The position numbers and the translations under genes are program-made. The notes beneath the pieces are model-generated. The model had not been told where the DNA came from. It ran no database searches and saw nothing but the letters and a program-made list of their open reading frames with translations. Positions 16,483-22,156 of a DNA stretch of 22,156 nucleotides are shown here, piece by piece; the first letter of the stretch is position 1; every line of letters starts with the position of its first letter. Source of the DNA: Spirochaetales bacterium. Its GTDB lineage: Bacteria; Spirochaetota; Spirochaetia; SZUA-6; JAFGRV01. The DNA is taken from the NCBI GenBank assembly GCA_016937215.1, contig JAFGWI010000019.1:1-22156 (forward strand), read 5' to 3'.

Positions 16483-17499
16483 TCAAGGTTTGTAAACCTG
16501 TGCTGAGTTTTCAGCCCCGAAGCTGGCCTCCCGTGAGGCGCAAATCATCCAGTCCTCTGCCGAGTTGGAGTCGCTGCTGCCCGGAATACGGCCCATGGAA
16601 CGTGTGGCTGTTGAATCATCGGGGTTAATGGCATCTTCGGGCCGAATTTCCGTGCTTCCCGATGCCCAGCCATGCTGTTTAAACAATTCTTCGGCCCTTT
16701 CCATGGTTTTGAGGCTGCCAAAGCCGCGGTATTTTTCATCAGACTGGCTCGTGCGGTTTGAATAGACAAGGCCGTCTATCAGCTCGCCTTGGGGAGAGCT
16801 GTACAAGCTAAGGACACCATTATTGGCGCTTAGTCCTGTGCCCTGGGGCAGCCAGAAATCGTAGGCCTGGTGTGAAGAGTCATAACCCTGTGATATTTCG
16901 GGGCTTTGGATTTCGTTTATTTCTTCGGGGATTCCCTGGGGTTTGGTGTGTAACAGCAGGAAATCGTTGGCTAGAAGTTCCATTGCCGGGAAAACAAAGC
17001 GTTGGTCCCAGTTGTTTCGGGTTCCTTCAAAAAAACAGAGCCCGCCGATATTTCCCGCTTCGAGCAAGCGAATTTCCACCAGATCGGGGTGGGTCGAGCT
17101 GCCCTGGGTCGTGAATTCATTAATCAGGGCTTTGGGGAGCCTGGGATTATAGCCGTAAAAAGCGGCAAGAAGGTCCTGGCTGTTGCCTTGAACGTCATTA
17201 ACCCTGAGGCGCAGAGTGTATTCCTGGCCGGGTATTTGCCCGGTAGTGCTGATGGTCACTGATTGCTTCTCCATCTCTATGCCACTCACTTCGAGTTCCG
17301 GCTCAAAGCTGATATCTTCAGCTGTTAGTTCAATGTTTTCGTCAAAGCTCAGAGTCAGCCCTTTGGGGCTGTTGGAAAAATCCTGGAGCTGGGGAGGGTT
17401 CAGGTCCACCTTTGCCTCGGAGGTTTCAAAGGGCGGGGGAGTGCAGCAGGCCAGAAAGGCCGCTGTGAGGATGTAAATAAGGGTGCTTTTTTGAATCAT
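16483..17499 (-). CDS. Lipoprotein with lamin-tail-domain (LTD)-like segment, 338 aa
   Basis: Lipobox LTAAFLACC. The segment ALINEFTTQGSSTHPDLVEIRLLEAGNIGGL matches the LTD hallmark (INE...dewVEl.N). Pro/Ser-rich linker after the lipobox. Confidence 0.5.
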   Translation of the reverse strand: MIQKSTLIYILTAAFLACCTPPPFETSEAKVDLNPPQLQDFSNSPKGLTLSFDENIELTAEDISFEPELEVSGIEMEKQSVTISTTGQIPGQEYTLRLRVNDVQGNSQDLLAAFYGYNPRLPKALINEFTTQGSSTHPDLVEIRLLEAGNIGGLCFFEGTRNNWDQRFVFPAMELLANDFLLLHTKPQGIPEEINEIQSPEISQGYDSSHQAYDFWLPQGTGLSANNGVLSLYSSPQGELIDGLVYSNRTSQSDEKYRGFGSLKTMERAEELFKQHGWASGSTEIRPEDAINPDDSTATRSMGRIPGSSDSNSAEDWMICASREASFGAENSAQVYKP

Positions 17500-17686
17500 G
17501 GGTGACTCCTTGTGCTATAAAGTGGCTTTAAAAGCCCTGTTTTTTTGCTGACCCCTTCTCTGAGCCAGGCAGCTGGTTTTCAATCCCCTAGGGAATAGGA
17601 AGCAGGCAAGCTTGTTTTTCAAAACAAACGCAGCCAGCAACAACCATGCTGGCCAAAGCTGACAAGCGCAATCAGGCTGCATGGAT

Positions 17687-17744
17687 ATAGTGAATCCCAA
17701 TGAGGATTCACGTGGACATAGTGAATCCCAATGAGGATTCACGT
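17687..17744. repeat. Two tandem 27-bp units (31-bp period) each containing the palindrome GTGAATCC-CAATGA-GGATTCAC
   Basis: Read directly. atagtgaatcccaatgaggattcacgt appears at 17687-17713 and again at 17718-17744. Read on the minus strand it is GTGAATCC-TCATTG-GGATTCAC, the same loop and arm family as the 3278-3389 array. Located in the divergent region between the LTD lipoprotein gene and the Crp/Fnr-like gene. Confidence 0.85.
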
Positions 17745-18082
17745 CACCGAGCAGGAAAGGCGAAGCATTAATGACCAGAGGTCGTAAAACCCTAAAAAAA
17801 CAAAAGTGATTTTCCCGTTGAAAAAAGGCTTCTCAGTGCCAAAAGATTTTAATGCACTATTCCGATAATCATCAGGGGTCCAAGGGTTTTCACTTTGCCG
17901 TTCCCATAAGTATTAATACCCTTGAAATGTCATCCTGCTTTGGGTTTTTTTTATCTTTTTTGTCTACTTTTTTTAAAAAAGCTGAGTTACATTGTAAAAG
18001 GCTTTGAAAGATATTTTTTTCGTTACCATTGCTGCTTGTATTGGTTATAGGGTAAAATCCCCAAAAGAAAGAGGAGTTTTAA

Positions 18083-18703
18083 ATGTCTGATCCAACCTTG
18101 TTCAAGAATTTTGGTCTTCAAGTGCCCAAGGGTGAAACCATTTTCAAAGAAAATGAAGAAGGCAGTAAAATGTACATCATTCAGGAAGGAAAAGTCAGGA
18201 TTTCCAAGAATATCCACGGCAAGGAACATGAACTGGCGGTTTTGATCAAGGGTGAGTTTTTCGGCGAAATGGCCATTGTGACCCAGGAAAAGCGAACGGC
18301 CAGTGCCTCGGCCCTGGAGGATACTTCGCTTCTTTCCTTTGACCGCGAGGGCTTTGCCAGCATGATCAACAAGAACGCCAAAATCGCCTTGAACATTATT
18401 GAAAAACTTTGCCGGCGCTTGCAGGCAGCCAATCAGCAGATCAAGGCCATGGCTCCGCGGAACCTAAAAGGGATGATCGCCCTGAGCCTGTACTATGACT
18501 TTAAAAATGCCGACGGCAAAATGGTCTCCTATTCCAAAAGCCTTGAGGAGATATCCCTGAACCTTCAGCTGCCCTTGCAGGATATCAAGGATCAGGTGGA
18601 AGGAATGATCAAAAGCGGGATTTTAAAGCTGGAGAATGACCAACTGATTCTGCTGAACAGCCCTGGCCTGGATGACATCGCCGACGATGTTGTTAAACGA
18701 TAA
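18083..18703 (+). CDS. Crp/Fnr-family regulator (cNMP-binding domain plus C-terminal winged-helix-like region), 206 aa
   Basis: cNMP-binding beta-roll: YIIQEGKVRISKNIHGKEHELAVLIKGEFFGEMAI...RTASASALEDTSLL. C-terminal SLEEISLNLQLPLQDIKDQVEGMIKSGIL resembles an HTH. AGAGGAG SD 8 nt before the ATG. Confidence 0.65.
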   Translation: MSDPTLFKNFGLQVPKGETIFKENEEGSKMYIIQEGKVRISKNIHGKEHELAVLIKGEFFGEMAIVTQEKRTASASALEDTSLLSFDREGFASMINKNAKIALNIIEKLCRRLQAANQQIKAMAPRNLKGMIALSLYYDFKNADGKMVSYSKSLEEISLNLQLPLQDIKDQVEGMIKSGILKLENDQLILLNSPGLDDIADDVVKR

Positions 18704-18920
18704 AAAGGGCCTTCGCCGACTGCGCCTTCGGTTCTATAATATTCTTGATCAGAAGGTGGGGCGGGAGAAAGCAGTGCTTCGCCGGACTATTGGGGAGATC
18801 GAGAAGCTTTTGGCTGGCAGGAAGTGAAGGGCTTGTTATCCTCTATAGATTTGAGCTGATTTGACAGAGCATTTTGGGAACGATCAATAAGAACCGACGT
18901 TTTTTTCAAGCCGCTAAACC

Positions 18921-19997
18921 CTAATCCTCTACCACTGCGTCGATCACCCCGCCGGCCAGAACCAGGTCGTCCTGGTACACAACGGCATACTGACCGGGTG
19001 TAATGGCCCTCTGCTCCTTGTCAAAACGCAGTATGCAGGACCTCTCATCCTGGGGAATCACCATGCAGGGCGCCGGGTTGTGGCGGTAACGGATCTTGGC
19101 CTGGGCCCGGAAGGGCTCTGAAAAAGAGGCCATGCCTATCATGTTGAGGCTCACCACCTTGAGGCCGCCCTTGAGGAGTTCCGCGTCAGTACCCACCACT
19201 ACCTGGTTGGTCTTGGGCAGAATATCCACCACATAAAGAGGCTCGCTATAGGCAACCCCCAGCCCCCGGCGCTGGCCGATTGTGTAATGAAAATAACCTT
19301 CATGCTCGCCCATGACCTCGCCCCGGCTGTTGATGATCTGGCCGGTGCCTACATCGATATCCAGAAGGTCCTCGTAATCACCAGCGTAAAAATCCTGGCT
19401 TTCCTTTTTTTCCACTGCCTTGAGCCCCAGTTCACGGGCCATGGCCTTAATCTCCTCTTTCCGGAAAGCGCCCAGGGGAAAACGAACCCCCGAAAGCTGA
19501 TCCTGGGTGAGCAGGGCCAGAAAATAGGACTGGTCCTTTTTGTCATCCAGCCCACGTTTGAGCAAATAGCGCCCTGAAGCGGTATCCTGCTCCACCCGAG
19601 CGTAGTGGCCCGTGGCAAAAAGGTCGAACTGGACACCCGATTCACGGGCCTTTTCCAGCATCAGGTGAAATTTCATCTGGTGATTGCAGCGCACGCAGGG
19701 ATTAGGTGTCCGCCCCTGTTTGTATTCGTCGCGGAAATAGTCCAGCACCTGGCTTGAATATTCCTTTGAAAGGTCCACCACGTGATAGGGAATGCCCAGC
19801 TCCTTGCTGAGAGCCCTGGCATCCTCGATATCCTCGGCCTCATCAGGCCCGAAACAAGCAGAACGCTTTACATTCACATCGTAGGAATCATCCCATATTT
19901 TCATGGTCAATCCAATGACCTCATGACCCTCTTTTTGCAGTAAATGAGCGGTTACCGAGGAATCCACCCCGCCGCTTAAACCAACAGCTATTTTCAT
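18921..19997 (-). CDS. mnmA: tRNA-specific 2-thiouridylase MnmA
   Basis: PP-loop SGGVDSS and the catalytic Cys region NPCVRCN; conserved throughout. The ORF-track start at 20015 is a TTG. The ATG-ATG pair at 20000-19995 follows GAGGA, and the second ATG (19997, 4-nt spacer; MKIAVGLSGGVDSS) is taken as the start. Confidence 0.9.
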   Translation of the reverse strand: MKIAVGLSGGVDSSVTAHLLQKEGHEVIGLTMKIWDDSYDVNVKRSACFGPDEAEDIEDARALSKELGIPYHVVDLSKEYSSQVLDYFRDEYKQGRTPNPCVRCNHQMKFHLMLEKARESGVQFDLFATGHYARVEQDTASGRYLLKRGLDDKKDQSYFLALLTQDQLSGVRFPLGAFRKEEIKAMARELGLKAVEKKESQDFYAGDYEDLLDIDVGTGQIINSRGEVMGEHEGYFHYTIGQRRGLGVAYSEPLYVVDILPKTNQVVVGTDAELLKGGLKVVSLNMIGMASFSEPFRAQAKIRYRHNPAPCMVIPQDERSCILRFDKEQRAITPGQYAVVYQDDLVLAGGVIDAVVED

Positions 19998-20015
19998 CAT
20001 GTCCTCACAGATCAA

Positions 20016-20350
20016 GTTGATCGGGTCTCAAAACCCTCCATGCCGTGCCAGACCCCGGGACGCGGCAAAAACCGGTTGTCAATAATACTCTTTTTGGGCT
20101 GTTTGGAAAAGGGGGCCGGCATACTCTCGTGCCATTTGCGGGCTTCTTTTTTTTGGGCATTACCTGGTGAAAAGGCTAATTGACACAGCTTCCCGGAACC
20201 CGAACGAACAGCCCCCAAAACAGCGGCACCAGGCCCGGGCTTTCCGCTCCAACTCCTCGCGCCGCTGAATAAACGGAAGCTTCCGGATCTCTCTCCTTTC
20301 TCACGAGCCCCGCGGCCTTGCCCCGGCGCGGCGCTGCGGGGTTTCCGCTT
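20016..20350 (-). other. GC-rich non-coding island upstream of mnmA: candidate structured RNA or leader (identity unresolved)
   Basis: Markedly more G+C-rich than the surrounding sequence, with runs such as ccccggg, gcgccgc and cccgggc. The only ORF (20012..20353) translates to low-complexity RG/PG-rich text. Contains stems, e.g. ccccgcgg...ctgcgggg and the perfect palindrome cggaagcttccg. Strand assigned only by position relative to mnmA. Confidence 0.25.
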
Positions 20351-20755
20351 CAATCCCTAATGCGGTGAAAGGCGGGCTGTGGCCGGAATTGGCGCTGGGC
20401 ATAATCGATCCAGCTGTCTTCCTGTATGGCATGAAAGCTGGTGCTCAGCGCTATGTTCAGGGTATCACCTGTATTTTGATCCAGAACAATGTTTTTTTGG
20501 CCCGGAATGTCTGACACAGGGAGCCATGCTTTGAAATTCAGCATTCAGGTTAATATTTTTATGAAGCTGAGCCTCGTGCTTCAAGCTTTGAAGATGCTCC
20601 TCTTCCTCAAAAAGCTTTTCATCATAGGGGGCCGCCCGCGCCAGCTTCATCAAGCTCTTAACAGTGTTGAAATGAGCAGTTAAATCGCATGCCCCCCCTA
20701 AGATTACAGGATTTTTTAGTGTGAAACCCGGAAATTTGGTCTTTAGAGTGGCCAT
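20350..20755 (-). pseudogene. Small gene (about 135 aa if merged) split into two frames at a T7/A7 homopolymer (20492-20498)
   Basis: ORFs 20465..20755 and 20350..20544 are adjacent, same strand, in different frames, and overlap exactly over the homopolymer. A 1-nt indel would fuse them (MATLKTKFPGF...HSGP | KNIVLDQNTGDTLNIALSTSFHAIQED...). Could be a sequencing error, a true pseudogene, or slippage. Confidence 0.3.
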
Positions 20756-20825
20756 AACCGTCTCCTGTCGGGTTAAAATACACTAAGCTATGGAAATCAG
20801 GGGGCAAGAGATAAAGGATTTGAAG

Positions 20826-20859
20826 AAAAAAAAAGAGGATATCCCGAGGGGATATCCTC
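20826..20859 (-). terminator. Rho-independent terminator of the repeat-protein gene
   Basis: Perfect 11-bp stem gaggatatccc / gggatatcctc with loop gag, immediately followed on the minus strand by U9 (A9 at 20826-20834 on the plus strand). Confidence 0.7.
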
Positions 20860-21094
20860 GTGGTGATTAAATAATATCACCCAAAATGGTGATTAATCAT
20901 TGATTATTCGATTACTCGGGTAAAAATTTGTTCCGCACCGGAGATTAGATGATAGGGTGTATTTATAAATAAAGCTATTTCATTATATCCTTCTAATTCC
21001 GGACTAATGCTACCGTCATAGTCCTCATTGTAAATCTTCGAACATTCAGAGTGTCTCTTAAGCATAAATTTTCGTCAGTAAGTTCTGCTTGTGT

Positions 21095-22156
21095 TTAGTT
21101 ATTCATCATAGTAGCGCAAAAAACGATAAAATTTTGAGCCGGGTATTCGATCCCATTTATTGTAACGGTCCCAACAGCTGTATCTGTGTAGATAGTATCA
21201 CTCGTAACATCATAATTAGCCACAATCGTTGAAATGGTCGTTGAGTCAAAAGTAATAACCAAATTTGCGGTTATGGTTCTGGTCGTGTCTTCATTAAAGG
21301 TTTCTGAAAGTGTTCCGTTTACTGAAAATGGATGTGGTGAAGTTGGTAAGGGTGTATTTGTGAATGTTGTTATTTGTCCATTATCAGAGATGGGTGTTTT
21401 CTCAATGGTGGGATCCTGATCTCCAGCAGCCCAGCTGAGCATCATTGCTGTGAATAAAAAATTATATCCTATTTCTTCATTGTCTATTTCAGGATCTGGT
21501 GTTACTTCAGGGTCGTTTGAAATATTTTGAATCAAATAAGTATAAAATGCCTGAGCGTTTATTTCAACATCGTTTATAATAATTGTACCGACTGCAATAG
21601 GATCGGCTATGTTCGAATTGTCATAATCAAATGACCCGTTGATTGTGAATAAATTGGGGTCATTGGTGAAAATGAAATTGAAAGTTATATTTCCGTTTAT
21701 TTCTGTGCCAGTTGATAATAAATTTCCGCTTGCCTTATAATCTGGTTCTTCTGAATTGTATACAGCATTATTTAAAGTTGCATTCATCACGCCATCACTA
21801 TTGCTAGCTGAAACTGTTGTGCCATCAGGGTCAGTGATCTGTCGATAAAGATTTGTGCATACCTCATAAGCATATAATTCTGTTTCTTCATTTAACACCG
21901 GGATTTCAGTTACTTCAGGTTCCGGTGTCACTTCAGGTTCCGGTGTCACTTCAGGTTCTGGTGTCACTTCAGGTTCTGGTGTCACTTCAGGTTCTGGTGT
22001 CACTTCAGGTTCCGGTGTCACTTCAGGTTCTGGTGTCACTTCAGGTTCCGGTGTTACTTCAGGTTCCGGTGTTACTTCAGGTTCCGGTGTTACTTCAGGT
22101 TCCGGTGTTACTTCAGGTTCCGGTGTTACTTCAGGTTCTGGTGTTACTTCAGGTTC
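21095..22156 (-). CDS. Secreted/surface repeat protein, 5'-truncated by the window edge: N-terminal (TPEPEV)n linker then two related Thr/Asn/Ile-rich beta-type domains
   Basis: The reading frame is open to the end of the window. The M at 22039 in the ORF track is a GTG (Val) codon inside the repeat, not a start. The C-terminal part contains an internal duplication ([22 protein letters not shown] vs [22 protein letters not shown]). Confidence 0.7.
   Translation of the reverse strand, partial: EPEVTPEPEVTPEPEVTPEPEVTPEPEVTPEPEVTPEPEVTPEPEVTPEPEVTPEPEVTPEPEVTPEPEVTPEPEVTPEPEVTEIPVLNEETELYAYEVCTNLYRQITDPDGTTVSASNSDGVMNATLNNAVYNSEEPDYKASGNLLSTGTEINGNITFNFIFTNDPNLFTINGSFDYDNSNIADPIAVGTIIINDVEINAQAFYTYLIQNISNDPEVTPDPEIDNEEIGYNFLFTAMMLSWAAGDQDPTIEKTPISDNGQITTFTNTPLPTSPHPFSVNGTLSETFNEDTTRTITANLVITFDSTTISTIVANYDVTSDTIYTDTAVGTVTINGIEYPAQNFIVFCATMMNN
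21911..22156. repeat. At least 13 tandem copies of the 18-bp unit ggttcYggtgtYacttca (encoding TPEPEV on the minus strand), continuing past the window end
   Basis: Read directly. Units differ only at two Y positions, which fall on third codon positions (ccg/cca Pro, gtg/gta Val). Confidence 0.9.

Noticed and set aside
17687-17744. Tandem palindromes as classical CRP-family binding sites for the neighbouring cNMP-binding regulator
   Set aside because: The GTGA-N14-TCAC spacing does not match TGTGA-N6-TCACA (CRP) or TTGAT-N4-ATCAA (FNR). I keep it only as a hypothesis to test.
20016-20353. RNase P RNA (rnpB) on the minus strand, and ORF 20012..20353
   Set aside because: Two short matches to RNase P consensus segments (P4 5'-strand-like GGAAAGCCCGGGC; CCAGGUAAUGCC) were found, but not the P4 3' strand or a consistent helix arrangement, so it is left unassigned. 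The ORF translates to low-complexity Arg/Gly/Pro-rich sequence typical of GC-rich non-coding DNA.

Overview
The window is a chromosomal segment of a diderm bacterium (lipoproteins with lipoboxes, a LolA-like protein and a probable OM beta-barrel are present) with AT-rich intergenic DNA. I cannot assign a taxon from sequence alone. Housekeeping genes I recognise from motifs: thpR/ligT (two HxT motifs) and recO (C-terminal CxxC...CxxC), which overlap by 4 bp on the minus strand; queG (two 4Fe-4S Cys clusters); and mnmA (SGGVDSS PP-loop, NPCVRCN). Accessory-looking content: a YtrA-like GntR regulator plus an SPFH/band-7 membrane protein; a five-gene envelope module (ABC ATPase, two FtsX/MacB-type permeases, LolA-like protein, translationally coupled OM barrel candidate); two lipoproteins (one GxSxG hydrolase, one with a lamin-tail-like domain); a Crp/Fnr-type cNMP-binding regulator; an orphan 536-aa protein; and a 5'-truncated surface protein carrying at least 13 tandem TPEPEV repeats. 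The non-coding DNA is the most unusual part. (i) Two paralogous copies of a roughly 90-nt conserved element share a hairpin with compensatory base changes, a CUUCGG motif, and a downstream T-run. (ii) A 22-bp palindrome family GTGAAT(G/C)C-TCATTG-G(C/G)ATTCAC occurs as a 4x tandem array at one locus and a 2x array at another, both with 30-31 bp phasing. (iii) A 600-bp intergenic region upstream of the ABC operon carries nested perfect inverted repeats (18 bp, 11 bp, and a 14+14 bp palindrome). (iv) A GC-rich non-coding island lies upstream of mnmA. (v) A small gene is split across a T7 homopolymer. Several ORF-track starts are TTG/GTG artefacts; I give corrected ATG starts where an SD supports one.
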